A stretch of DNA of 64,000 bases from Spirochaetia bacterium (GTDB taxonomy: Bacteria; Spirochaetota; Spirochaetia; UBA9216), in contig OZ223264.1 of the NCBI GenBank assembly GCA_965140585.1, positions 192,001-256,000 on the forward strand, written 5' to 3'. Position 1 is the first letter of the stretch. Each line of letters starts with the position of its first letter. Under the pieces are notes generated by a model that had not been told where the DNA came from, ran no database searches, and saw only the letters and a program-made list of their open reading frames with translations. The position numbers were made by a program, and so were the translations under genes. Shown piece by piece: positions 24,013-33,542 of the stretch.

Positions 24013-24059
24013 TTGATTAAATACCCTTATATAATCTATTATAGGGTAAAGGATTGGAC

Positions 24060-25604
24060 ATGGAAAGATGTGGCGTATACTGTAGAGTATCAACGGAGCT
24101 TCAGAAGGACAATTACTCAGTTGAGAGACAAAAGAGCGATGGGAAGCAGTTTTGTTTAGATAATGGCTATGAATGTGAACTTTATTTAGATGTGCAAAGT
24201 GGTAGTACAATCTCTAAAAGAAGTGAGTTCAGTCGCCTTATTCATGATATTGAAGATAAGAAGATAGATATCATCTGGGTTATTGAGTTCAGTAGGCTCA
24301 CTCGTAACGATGAAGAAGATGCACTCTTCTTAAAACGGCTATTTAACGAATACAACATTAAACTGTTTGAGAATGGTATCCAAATAAAATTTGATAGCCC
24401 AGAAGACCAACTCTTCTACAATCTTAGAAGTTCAGTCGCTGCATATGAAAGACGAAAGATAGTTGAGCGTATGACTAATGGTCAGAGAAAACGCATTGAT
24501 AATGGTGACCGAGTCCTACCAAGACTTTATGGATATGAGCGAGTTGGAGACGGTTTTAAGATAAAAGAGCAAGAAGCCGAAGTAATAAGATTTATCTTTA
24601 AATTAGCCTCAGAAGATATGACTTTCGTAACAATCCAGAGAGAGTTGCTCTTAAAGGGCTATAAGATGCGTTTTGGCAGTGTTAATTGGCAAACTGGACA
24701 TATATCAAGAATATTACGTCAAAAGGCTTATATAGGTCAAATAAAGAACTCTAAAGGTGCTTATATAGAATCTTCCATGTATGAACCCATCATTGATAAA
24801 GAAACATGGGAAAGAACACAAGCCGTATTGAGGCAAAAAACTACAATTAAAAAGAACAAGAACTATAGAGTTGGAACCTTTGAATTATCTGGTCTTCTTG
24901 TTTGTAGAGAATGTGGAACCAAGTATTTCAGGAAGGCTAACACAAATAAGGGTATTGAAAGAGGATTCTACATCCACACATTGAATAGTAATGGTGCGTT
25001 TGAGTGTAAGGAGAATCTCAAGAATACAACTGTTGACGAGATGATTTTATTGTATCTGGTCAGAGGACTCTACGCTCATAATTTCAATGATACAGAAGCT
25101 GTCCTTGGTTTTTTTGAATCAGAGATTGAACGGCTAAAACGAGAGAATGAGCTTGTTCATTCAAAAATCGAAGATTTGAACAAGAATCTCAAGAAATTGG
25201 AGAATGACAAGAAAAAGTTAGTTGATGCCGTTATTAGTGAAATTTTTACCATAGATGAGATTAAAGACAAGAAAGCTGAGATTGATAATCAAATAGGGAT
25301 AATAAAGCAGCGAATCAATGAACAGAACCTGATTATGACCTCTGAGCAAGAAATGAAAGATAAGTTAAATGAATTCGCTGTGGAAGATAACAATGCTTTT
25401 GTTGATATGTCTCAGGTTGAGAGAAAAGAGTTATATATGAAGCGTATCAAAAAAATAACCCTCTACAATAGAGAGTTAGATATTGAGTTTATAAATAATG
25501 TATCCTACCACATTCCTGATATCTATAATCTGGAAGAACCATGGAAGGGTGAGTTTGATATGGCAAAAGCCTATGCTGAGGGTAACTTTAACACTGAGGA
25601 TTAG
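24060..25604 (+). CDS. large serine recombinase (integrase)
   Basis: YCRVSTELQ catalytic Ser, SRLTR, recombinase domain (YGY), LSGLLVCRECG zinc ribbon, coiled coil. Confidence 0.95.
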   Translation: MERCGVYCRVSTELQKDNYSVERQKSDGKQFCLDNGYECELYLDVQSGSTISKRSEFSRLIHDIEDKKIDIIWVIEFSRLTRNDEEDALFLKRLFNEYNIKLFENGIQIKFDSPEDQLFYNLRSSVAAYERRKIVERMTNGQRKRIDNGDRVLPRLYGYERVGDGFKIKEQEAEVIRFIFKLASEDMTFVTIQRELLLKGYKMRFGSVNWQTGHISRILRQKAYIGQIKNSKGAYIESSMYEPIIDKETWERTQAVLRQKTTIKKNKNYRVGTFELSGLLVCRECGTKYFRKANTNKGIERGFYIHTLNSNGAFECKENLKNTTVDEMILLYLVRGLYAHNFNDTEAVLGFFESEIERLKRENELVHSKIEDLNKNLKKLENDKKKLVDAVISEIFTIDEIKDKKAEIDNQIGIIKQRINEQNLIMTSEQEMKDKLNEFAVEDNNAFVDMSQVERKELYMKRIKKITLYNRELDIEFINNVSYHIPDIYNLEEPWKGEFDMAKAYAEGNFNTED

Positions 25605-26620
25605 TTAGGTCTTTTCCTGACTGCTTCAGCGGCTTTTCTATCCTCTTCAGTTCCGGGGATATCTATCTTTGGAGCATCTTCAAGCCACATTTTGAAGAGC
25701 TGGTCTAACTGATTCTCATTGGCACAATTAGAACAGAATAATAACCCTTTAGAAGTAGGAAATAGCATACCTGAAATGAACAATTCAGGTTTGGATAACA
25801 GATACTCACCGGTTTTATCAGAATCAATAATAGTCCCATAATATCCATTTAATTGGGATTCTCGCCATTTACGCCTATCCATTATCTCTTCTAATGTAGA
25901 CTGAATACGCTTTCCACTCAACTTCCTATCAGACATTCTATTAACTATCTCATCTATAGTATCATCAAGGAGGATTTGGCCTTCTTGGGGTGAAGTCGTC
26001 TTCTTGGCTCTCGTAGGGGTAACATGTGAGGTCTGTTTTGATTGAGACATTTGACCCGTTTTGTTCTTTTTCTTGTACTCATCGAGGAGATTAGGCGGTT
26101 TCTTGCCTGATTCCTTGGCTGTCCTTCTAACTCCGTCATACAGACCATCAAAAACCTCATCTACCCACTCACCAACAGACTGCTCATTACGATTGATAAG
26201 GTTTGACTTACGCCAGCCATCTTTGAGCAGATTTTGTGTCTTATTCAGAAAGTGTGCTGCAAATATCCTTCTGTTCATTTCATTCTGCTCAGTATCAACA
26301 AGAAGCAATCCATTTGGAAAGAAGTCAAAGATACGAGCCTGCATCTCGTCCTTGTTCAAATAGTAATCATACAAATCAGATATCAAATCAGAAAGCATAT
26401 TATGCTGGTCCTGAAATACCTTGTCAGGAGTATCAGGATAGGCTTTCTGGAGGGATATAAGCGCCAATTTGGTAAAGAACTCCCATATTAGGTCCACATT
26501 TTCAGAGGTTCCGTCAAAGTAATCTTTGAATGTATTCCATATCTCATAGTGGTTATTAACTATGAAAGTCTTGATTTTGTAGATTCTCTCTGCTGTGTTC
26601 ATGTGTATATATTGCTTCAT
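25601..26620 (-). CDS. phage hypothetical protein with weak sigma70 region-2-like segment
   Basis: 339-aa ORF; SDLISDLY...FAAHFLNKTQNLLKDGWRK recalls sigma region 2; sits where a repressor usually lies. Confidence 0.55.
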   Translation of the reverse strand: MKQYIHMNTAERIYKIKTFIVNNHYEIWNTFKDYFDGTSENVDLIWEFFTKLALISLQKAYPDTPDKVFQDQHNMLSDLISDLYDYYLNKDEMQARIFDFFPNGLLLVDTEQNEMNRRIFAAHFLNKTQNLLKDGWRKSNLINRNEQSVGEWVDEVFDGLYDGVRRTAKESGKKPPNLLDEYKKKNKTGQMSQSKQTSHVTPTRAKKTTSPQEGQILLDDTIDEIVNRMSDRKLSGKRIQSTLEEIMDRRKWRESQLNGYYGTIIDSDKTGEYLLSKPELFISGMLFPTSKGLLFCSNCANENQLDQLFKMWLEDAPKIDIPGTEEDRKAAEAVRKRPN

Positions 26621-26777
26621 GAAAAAAAGTATAAAAAATTCAAAAAACTTTTACAAGTTTGATTTTCCCGTGCGTGTATTTATATGAATCACTTAAAGAT
26701 TCAAATCCACAAAACACATTTCGGACTTCTCGCGAGTTAAAGGTGGCCATCGAGTCCTCCCATTTGGAGGAACAGAG

Positions 26778-27218
26778 ATGAACGAAATCATGCCTGTAAA
26801 AATCAATACAAACCCGAATCTCAAAAACTGGGATTACCGCAAATCAGTTACCACAGTTAAATCAACTGTAATCAACTGGAAGAAAGCCAGTACGGAACTG
26901 CTCGACGAGCTGTTCAAAGCACGAATGGCACTTTCTAAAGTGGGCAATCCGTTCCAACTCACCGAAGACGGGGTTGAGAAAAAGAAAACATGGAACGACT
27001 ACTGTGTCGAAATCGGGCTTAACCGCAGAACAGTTAATCGCTGGATCGATAGATATCTCAATCCTGAGAGAGACGTTGAAACTCCGGTGAAGGAGAAAAT
27101 CCTTACACATAACATACTCGTTCAGTCAGTAAAGAAACAGAAAGATGGTTCTTACGCTATCAGATTTGTTTGTCCTGAATGTGAGCAGATTCATACCATG
27201 GAGGTCGAAATTGACTAA
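26778..27218 (+). CDS. phage HTH DNA-binding protein (DUF3102-like)
   Basis: TWNDYCVEIGLNRRTVNRWI helix-turn-helix; C-terminal CPEC; GGAGG SD. Confidence 0.65.
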   Translation: MNEIMPVKINTNPNLKNWDYRKSVTTVKSTVINWKKASTELLDELFKARMALSKVGNPFQLTEDGVEKKKTWNDYCVEIGLNRRTVNRWIDRYLNPERDVETPVKEKILTHNILVQSVKKQKDGSYAIRFVCPECEQIHTMEVEID

Positions 27219-28077
27219 TACAGTAATATCAACATTCGCAGGGGGAGGAGGCTCCTCCCTTGGTTACAAGATGGCCGGTTTTAAAGAACTCTTGGCAATC
27301 GACTTTGAAAAGAATGCAGTGGACACACTGAAAGCAAATTACGACTTTCCTGTTTGGCAGAGAGATATTTCTACAGTTACACCTGAAGAGATATTCAAAG
27401 CCACAGGTATTAAAAAAGGAGAACTCGATGTTCTCGATGGTTCACCTCCATGTCAGGGATTCAGTTTGGCCAATACCAAACGTGTTGTCGGTGATGAGCG
27501 GAATGACCTTGTATACGAGTTCATAAGACTTATTAAAGGTCTTGAACCAAAGACTTTCGTAATCGAGAACGTTGCGGGAATGGTGACTGGCAAAATGGCA
27601 CCTACTTTCTATCGTATCGTTCAGACTCTTAAATCTCTGAATTACAGAGTAGAAGCCAAACTCATGAACGCCATGTATTACGGTGTTCCTCAGAGTAGAC
27701 AGAGGGTCATTATAATCGGGGTTCGTAAGGACCTCAAAAAAATACCTTCATTCCCAAAGGCTTCATCAAAAAATCTGGTTACTCTTTCTGAAGCACTACC
27801 CCATATTGACGGTTATATCGAAGCTCAGTTTGAAAGAGCACATATTCCTGGAACTAAACCTGTCGGAACAATAACTAAAACCACAGGCATGATGTTCATC
27901 AAAAACAATAAAAAGGTCAGACCTGATATTGATGATGTCAAAGTTCTCTGTTCATTCCCCCGTGACTACATTCTGACTGGTGGTTATACAGCACAGTGGG
28001 CACGACTCGGGAATGCTGTCTGCCCCGCAATGATGAAGGCGATAGCAACGAATATTAAGCGGAATATTCTTAATTGA
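27211..28077 (+). CDS. orphan DNA (cytosine-5) methyltransferase
   Basis: STFAGGGG (I), GSPPCQGFS (IV), IENVAG (VI), QSRQR (VIII), RLGNAVCP (X); TTG start with GGAGG SD. Confidence 0.93.
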   Translation: MTNTVISTFAGGGGSSLGYKMAGFKELLAIDFEKNAVDTLKANYDFPVWQRDISTVTPEEIFKATGIKKGELDVLDGSPPCQGFSLANTKRVVGDERNDLVYEFIRLIKGLEPKTFVIENVAGMVTGKMAPTFYRIVQTLKSLNYRVEAKLMNAMYYGVPQSRQRVIIIGVRKDLKKIPSFPKASSKNLVTLSEALPHIDGYIEAQFERAHIPGTKPVGTITKTTGMMFIKNNKKVRPDIDDVKVLCSFPRDYILTGGYTAQWARLGNAVCPAMMKAIATNIKRNILN

Positions 28078-28552
28078 CATATTCCCATCGATACCCACCT
28101 GCATTTGGTCTTCTGCCTCTGCAAACTGAGCAGATATGACCTTTCTGTGCACCGCTGACAGAGGCAGCCATTTCTATTGATTCATAGATTTGGTCTGTCT
28201 CAATGCATCTAACTTTCCGTTTAAAAGGTGTGATTAAGTCAGTTTCATAAGCATGAATAGTATTATGACTATTCGTACACCATTCGAGATTCTCAACATT
28301 ATTATTTCCTTTATCACCATCAATGTGATTTACAACAGGAAAGTTGAGAGGATTTGGAAGAAAAGCCGAAGCAACAATGCGATGAACATAAAACCCTTTA
28401 CGTTTACCTTCATTCGATAAACTTACGGATTTATATTTATCCTTTCTAATTTTCGGCTTTAACCATCCTTTGCTTTTAAATGACCAAATACGACCATCTC
28501 TTGTAACAGCATAAGATGGAAAATCATTAACAAATCTAATTTCGGTAATCAT
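28070..28552 (-). CDS. NUMOD4/HNH homing endonuclease with NUMOD1-like tail
   Basis: YAVTRDGRIWS, VHRIVASAF, VNHIDGDKGNNNVENLEWCT, AGGYRWEY. Confidence 0.9.
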   Translation of the reverse strand: MITEIRFVNDFPSYAVTRDGRIWSFKSKGWLKPKIRKDKYKSVSLSNEGKRKGFYVHRIVASAFLPNPLNFPVVNHIDGDKGNNNVENLEWCTNSHNTIHAYETDLITPFKRKVRCIETDQIYESIEMAASVSGAQKGHICSVCRGRRPNAGGYRWEYVN

Positions 28553-28626
28553 AATGCCCCCTTTGTAGATAAATATGCAAAAAAAGGGGGGTGAAACTGA
28601 GACATTTGACTCAATAAGGAGAACAT

Positions 28627-29745
28627 ATGAAATACACTAACCGATTCGGAGAAATCCAAGTAAAGAAAAGTTTTGCAGCACCGATGCTGACTTCTCAGTA
28701 CACTATCTGTCCCATCCCTTTTAAGTTTGACCCTTACAAAGGGTGTGCATACAATTGCAAATACTGTTTTGCCAAGGACATTGTCGAGTTTGCCAGAAGA
28801 CGTTCTGACAATAAAACCTTCCAGTACATCTATGGTAATAGACCTGACCAGCTTAGAGCATGGATTCAGAATGCAATCGAATCTTCTTACGATTATGAAC
28901 GAGGGGCTGAGGTTGCAATCAAAGAAAGAATCCCTGTCAAAGTTGGTGCCACTTCAGACCCATTCCCTACTATAGAGAGAGATGCTCATATCACTTATGA
29001 CGCATTGAAAGTATTCGACATGTTTGACTACCCAATTGAGATTCAAACCAAGAACCCTGCAATACTCGCCGAGTATGCTGATGAGTTTGATAATCCCAAT
29101 TGGACAGTTGCGGTTTCTCTTATCTCTACTGATGAAAAGTATCTCAAAGCTACAGAGCCAGGTGCACCAACGGCAAAACAGAGATTGGATGCAATAAAGA
29201 AACTCACTGATATGGGAATCAAAGTTATGGGTAAGATTCAGCCTGCTATCTTTCCCAAGATTCTCGATGACTTACCTTCTCTGGTTAGTGCATTCAAAGA
29301 TGCTGGTTGCTGGTCATTCAATATTGAAGGACTCAGAGTATCGAGAGCTATGACACCTCAGCAGAAAGCTCAGTACGATTCCATTAGTGATTATCTTGGT
29401 TTTGATGTCGTTGAATATTATAAAAACGAAGATTTGATGGGAGAGTATGTTCTTGGTTATGACAAGAAAATGCAGTACGTCAGACTTTCTGAACAGTTGG
29501 CTGCAAAACATGGTCTCAGGTTTTTTGTCGCAGATAATGGCATGGGTTGTATGGGATGTTCTGGTGAGTGTTGTGGAACTGAGGTTCTTCGGGATTATCA
29601 GATAATGGGATACAACGATAGGTCTCTCTCATTTCCTACTGAGTCAAATGTCTCAGTAGAGATGCAGAATGTAAAAGCTAATTTCAGTAGGAACAAATCA
29701 AAACAGCACATGACTATCAGAGAGGTAGTCGATTCTCTAATGTAA
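28627..29745 (+). CDS. radical SAM protein, spore-photoproduct-lyase-like
   Basis: DPYKGCAYNCKYC (CxxxCxxC), ATSDPF, IQTKNP, EPGAPT..RL; C-terminal CMGC..CCG. Confidence 0.88.
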   Translation: MKYTNRFGEIQVKKSFAAPMLTSQYTICPIPFKFDPYKGCAYNCKYCFAKDIVEFARRRSDNKTFQYIYGNRPDQLRAWIQNAIESSYDYERGAEVAIKERIPVKVGATSDPFPTIERDAHITYDALKVFDMFDYPIEIQTKNPAILAEYADEFDNPNWTVAVSLISTDEKYLKATEPGAPTAKQRLDAIKKLTDMGIKVMGKIQPAIFPKILDDLPSLVSAFKDAGCWSFNIEGLRVSRAMTPQQKAQYDSISDYLGFDVVEYYKNEDLMGEYVLGYDKKMQYVRLSEQLAAKHGLRFFVADNGMGCMGCSGECCGTEVLRDYQIMGYNDRSLSFPTESNVSVEMQNVKANFSRNKSKQHMTIREVVDSLM

Positions 29746-29749
29746 TTTT

Positions 29750-29779
29750 GCCCTCCGTTTTGGAGGGCCATTTTTTTTT
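29750..29779 (+). terminator. intrinsic terminator
   Basis: GCCCTCC-GTTTT-GGAGGGC then CA and T9. Confidence 0.85.
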
Positions 29780-29861
29780 ATTAATTCCAAAAAAGTTTCA
29801 AAATATTCAAAAAGTGATGTTTGAAAAGCATATTTATATATAAAGAAAAAGGAGGTAGCAG

Positions 29862-30011
29862 ATGTCTACTACTATAAATATTGGTGATATTAAATTAAAA
29901 GCCTTTAAAGCTAAAGTGAAAGAAGAAGGTAGAACTATAAAATGGGTAATGGCTCAACTTATAGATTTGTATCTTGAAGATGAAGTAGAGCTGAAGAGGA
30001 ATGGCAAGTGA
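29862..30011 (+). CDS. ribbon-helix-helix (Arc/CopG-like) regulator, 49 aa
   Basis: AAGGAGG SD; MSTTINIGDIKLKAFKAKVKEEGRTIKWVMAQLIDLYLED fits RHH pattern; below ORF-track cutoff. Confidence 0.75.
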   Translation: MSTTINIGDIKLKAFKAKVKEEGRTIKWVMAQLIDLYLEDEVELKRNGK

Positions 30012-30151
30012 ACAAGGATTTAATAGAGGTCTTGAAAGCTCAGAATAAGAAAATTAAGCAGTTGGAGTCTGTGCTTGAATCCATGCAAACTGCTCTTAAA
30101 GCCATAGATGAAGATTTGGAGTATATCTCCAAGATTGTATTAGAGAGGTAG
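30008..30151 (+). CDS. small coiled-coil phage protein, 47 aa
   Basis: GTGA overlap with upstream stop; MNKDLIEVLKAQNKKIKQLESVL. Confidence 0.6.
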   Translation: MNKDLIEVLKAQNKKIKQLESVLESMQTALKAIDEDLEYISKIVLER

Positions 30152-30153
30152 AT

Positions 30154-30315
30154 ATGAGAATAGAAAAATTGATGCAAGAAATAGAAATTGAATTTAAAAA
30201 CGCTAAAAATGAACATGAATATGAAAAGATATATTCAGCTGTTAGTGATTGGGTTGAAGAGTTCAATCTGTCTGATGGCTGGGAAGACAAGATAAGAAAA
30301 CTAAAAGGTTATTAA
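30154..30315 (+). CDS. small phage protein, 53 aa
   Basis: GAGGT SD; MRIEKLMQEIEIEF...KLKGY. Confidence 0.6.
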   Translation: MRIEKLMQEIEIEFKNAKNEHEYEKIYSAVSDWVEEFNLSDGWEDKIRKLKGY

Positions 30316-30426
30316 TCACATAGTCCTGAGTTAGACTTTAAATGACTCCTAAACTAACAGGGAACACTACACACTACATAACTCTACTACATCAAGCACA
30401 TTTATATTTTTTAACAAGGAATGTAA

Positions 30427-30948
30427 ATGGAAAGAAAAGACCTTCTCAGAATATTAAAAGACATTAACAGCTATGGGATTGATTTCTATCTCAGTGGCAA
30501 GATGGTTAAACTGCCACCAGAGGTGGTGGTCAGTGGAGCCATACTTAATGGCTTGAATCTATTCAATAACGATGTTGAATATTTGAAATCATTATCAACT
30601 ATAGATTACCTCAAATCAGAATATTGGAGAGAGCTATCAATCAGGAAACTTGAAAGAGACCCCAAGTGCCAAGGCTGTGGGAATAAGGCAATAAAGGTTT
30701 ATAAAACTGAATGGCTTACCAAAGGTGAAGAGACCTTGGATGATGTAGTTTCTCTATGTTCAAAATGTAAGGTAATAGACGGTGAGGTTGTTTCTCACAA
30801 GCAGATAAAGCAGGAGATTAGAGACGCTATCAGGCAATCACCTGAATTTAAAGAGATGCTTCAAAAGGAAGTTGAAGAAAAAATTATTAAAACTACCAAG
30901 GACTACTTGGAAGGTAGGAACAGTAGAGAAGTAAAGGAGATATTATGA
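30427..30948 (+). CDS. phage protein with degenerate HNH/Zn-finger domain
   Basis: YLKSEYWREL..RDPKCQGCG...VVSLCSKC; HNH histidines absent. Confidence 0.6.
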   Translation: MERKDLLRILKDINSYGIDFYLSGKMVKLPPEVVVSGAILNGLNLFNNDVEYLKSLSTIDYLKSEYWRELSIRKLERDPKCQGCGNKAIKVYKTEWLTKGEETLDDVVSLCSKCKVIDGEVVSHKQIKQEIRDAIRQSPEFKEMLQKEVEEKIIKTTKDYLEGRNSREVKEIL

Positions 30949-31772
30949 AAGAATTTAAATACTATGGAGAATTATTAAAAAAGACAAATGGGTATAAGAA
31001 ACGGACCACAGAGAATGGTGATTTCTTTGCAGCCGTACCATTGGAAATATTTGATTATGATTTGAATCTTACAGAGACAAGAGTCTATATGTACTTATTA
31101 CAAGCTTCCTCTGAAAAAGGATATTGTTGGCCAAGACAAAGCTTGATAGCTGAGAAGACTGATAGAACAAGGTCTACTGTATCAAGAGCTTTAAGGTCAT
31201 TGGAAAGAAAAGGGTTGCTTGCAATACACACAATAAGAAAAGAGAATAACATGGAGCATAATGTATACCTACCTAAGCTTGGTATTTTTTTCTCAACCAA
31301 TATGACTAAAAAGTCATCAGAGCCTTCCGTAGACGACACACGGGCTGAGCAAGAAAGTTCTGGTAGCATTCCCAAAACAGCACAGTATAAGTATTATCTA
31401 AAAGGATTATCTAAAATTATTAATAATAATGGTATCAATAATGAATTTACTAAATCTACAGGGAACACTACATTTAATACTACTAATAAATTTATAGAAT
31501 TCTATAATATTGAATATCAGAAGCATCTTGGTTCAGAGCATTATGTAGATAATAAGCTTATTCAAAAAGTTAATAAATTAGAGCCTGATAAAATTAAATT
31601 TATTCAAGATAATATTGCTGAATGGTTCAGGTTTATAAAATATACAGACAACCAGTTTATTCAGAATTCTAATAAAAGCCTGCACGTTTTACTTGAGCCA
31701 TCTGTTTATATGCTGTTCTACCAATATGCCAATAGGCCAGGTAAGCCCAAATCAGTTTGGGAGCTTGATTAA
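30945..31772 (+). CDS. phage replication initiator with winged HTH
   Basis: VYMYL..CWPRQSLIAEKTDRTRSTVSRALRSLERKGL (HTH_36-like), N/T-rich linker. Confidence 0.8.
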   Translation: MKEFKYYGELLKKTNGYKKRTTENGDFFAAVPLEIFDYDLNLTETRVYMYLLQASSEKGYCWPRQSLIAEKTDRTRSTVSRALRSLERKGLLAIHTIRKENNMEHNVYLPKLGIFFSTNMTKKSSEPSVDDTRAEQESSGSIPKTAQYKYYLKGLSKIINNNGINNEFTKSTGNTTFNTTNKFIEFYNIEYQKHLGSEHYVDNKLIQKVNKLEPDKIKFIQDNIAEWFRFIKYTDNQFIQNSNKSLHVLLEPSVYMLFYQYANRPGKPKSVWELD

Positions 31773-31820
31773 GCATATTTATACCTGATTATCAATTTGA
31801 TATCCGTTCATATCTCCAAT

Positions 31821-31847
31821 GCCCAGAGTTTCTGGGCTTCTTTTTTC
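31821..31847 (+). terminator. intrinsic terminator after replication gene
   Basis: GCCCAGA-GTT-TCTGGGC then T-rich run. Confidence 0.75.
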
Positions 31848-31894
31848 TACTGAGACAAATGGCTCAATAAAGCTTTTGTAATTCAATTAATTTC

Positions 31895-31922
31895 TTGAAA
31901 AGATTTTTTGTTGTGTTATAAT
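31895..31922 (+). promoter_or_regulatory. sigma70-type promoter of moron
   Basis: TTGAAA-16 nt-TATAAT with extended TG. Confidence 0.7.
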
Positions 31923-31967
31923 TCCAGAGTGATCACAAAAAAATATTAAAAAATCGGAGTAAAAAAA

Positions 31968-32798
31968 ATGAAAATCCTATCTCTATTTAAACGTAAAAAA
32001 GACTTTAATATTTTATCTTTCTTTTCCAGTTTCTTATGTATTGTCTTAATTATCAGTCTTTCCGGTTGTGGGATTATTGCACAATCAATAACTGAAGAGG
32101 TTTCTGAAAAAGATACAAAGATAATATCTGCTGTTGAAGAAAACAGAGAAGTAATTCTTGAGTCATTGTTAAGTTCTGAAGGAAGAGGTGATACTGAAAA
32201 TGAGGATATCCCCTATGAAGAAATTGAGTATTATCTTAATAATCCTGAAGTTATGATTGAGGAAGTTTCAAAAACAGAGGACGGTCAAGCTGTCTTGGAT
32301 CTTATTTATGGTCTTTCTTCCGACTTGCCGGTTGAGGAGTTAATATCAATGGCTGAAGACCTTTTACCAGCCGAAGGCTATGAGGAAGAAATTGAACTAT
32401 TTTATGAATATAAAGAAGAAGCATCACGACTAAATACAAATCAAAAATATTTATCCCTCTTTGCTGGTTATGCAGCAGCAGAGTTGGCTGCGGCTATTGT
32501 CTATGCCGCAACACCTTGGTACCTTGTAGCAAACAAAACTGCAGCGGCATCAGCTCTAAGTGCTGCGGCGCTTGCTTTGAGTGTGACATTAGTATTAATT
32601 GCCGATGATGATATGCCTGATGCTGTTCAGGTAGCGCTCTATTTAGCATCAGGACATTGTGCTGGATATTCTTATAGTGTTGTAGTGGCGCAAATTTGTG
32701 GTGCGTTTGGTTTAGGTGGAACCGGCGCAAGTATAATGATGGGAGTTATGTGTGCATATCACGTATGGGCGATAATAAGGATTATTACTGGGATTTAA
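31968..32798 (+). CDS. moron lipoprotein with hydrophobic Ala/Gly-rich C-terminal domain
   Basis: lipobox LSGC; acidic middle; several TM-like segments at C-terminus. Confidence 0.7.
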   Translation: MKILSLFKRKKDFNILSFFSSFLCIVLIISLSGCGIIAQSITEEVSEKDTKIISAVEENREVILESLLSSEGRGDTENEDIPYEEIEYYLNNPEVMIEEVSKTEDGQAVLDLIYGLSSDLPVEELISMAEDLLPAEGYEEEIELFYEYKEEASRLNTNQKYLSLFAGYAAAELAAAIVYAATPWYLVANKTAAASALSAAALALSVTLVLIADDDMPDAVQVALYLASGHCAGYSYSVVVAQICGAFGLGGTGASIMMGVMCAYHVWAIIRIITGI

Positions 32799-32801
32799 AG
32801 T

Positions 32802-33287
32802 ATGAAGAAAAATATTTTTATTATACTTATACTTTTTTCGACATCAACATTTTTATACTGTCAATCTATTGGAGACTCTTCTGTAGAAGAGTCTCCAATG
32901 TTGAGATATCGATTGACTGGATTATATGAATATTTTACCTATGGTGATGAAGAATTAGAGTTTGCTATGATGTATGGTTCAGATAAGGAAGATAGATTAT
33001 TAGATATCTTATCTTCAGATGACAAGGCAGCATTAGAGGTTTTGAAGTATCAAGATGATATGTCCAAAGCCAGGTTATTAATAACAATTTCTAATTCTTT
33101 AATATTAGTTGGAAGTTCTCTGGCATTGGCACCTGAATATGTTGAAGATGTTCCATCCGTGGTGCCAACTATAGGGCTTATAACCATCGGGAGTGGATTA
33201 ATTACTGATGTGGTGGGTTATTTATTTTTGCAGAGTGCAAAAGGAGCTCTTTTTGATTCTGTCTGGGAATTTAATAATAGAAAATGA
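32802..33287 (+). CDS. moron secreted/membrane protein
   Basis: signal peptide and two C-terminal hydrophobic helices; 3 nt after upstream stop. Confidence 0.7.
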   Translation: MKKNIFIILILFSTSTFLYCQSIGDSSVEESPMLRYRLTGLYEYFTYGDEELEFAMMYGSDKEDRLLDILSSDDKAALEVLKYQDDMSKARLLITISNSLILVGSSLALAPEYVEDVPSVVPTIGLITIGSGLITDVVGYLFLQSAKGALFDSVWEFNNRK

Positions 33288-33330
33288 TATATAAATATTA
33301 AATAGTAAATTTCATCTTTACTGTCCCGAT

Positions 33331-33373
33331 ACGCAAGATAACCTTAAACGCTTCGGAGGTTATCTTGCGTTTT
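33331..33373 (+). terminator. 14-bp-stem terminator closing the moron
   Basis: ACGCAAGATAACCT...AGGTTATCTTGCGT TTT. Confidence 0.8.
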
Positions 33374-33542
33374 CTCGATTGGCTCGTACAAAACAATCAC
33401 ATCACAAAGAGATTTGCCTACAGACTTGGCTTTGATTCTATTTTACACAACAAAAAAGTAGGAGATGAGCTGGCCTTATACTTACCAAATAAGACTGTGC
33501 ATATATTACTTCAGCAGTGGATAAACGAGGAGTAATTATAGA

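Noticed and set aside
30363-30395. CACTAC/CTAC short repeats as possible iterons
   Set aside because: Too short and irregular to support an origin call
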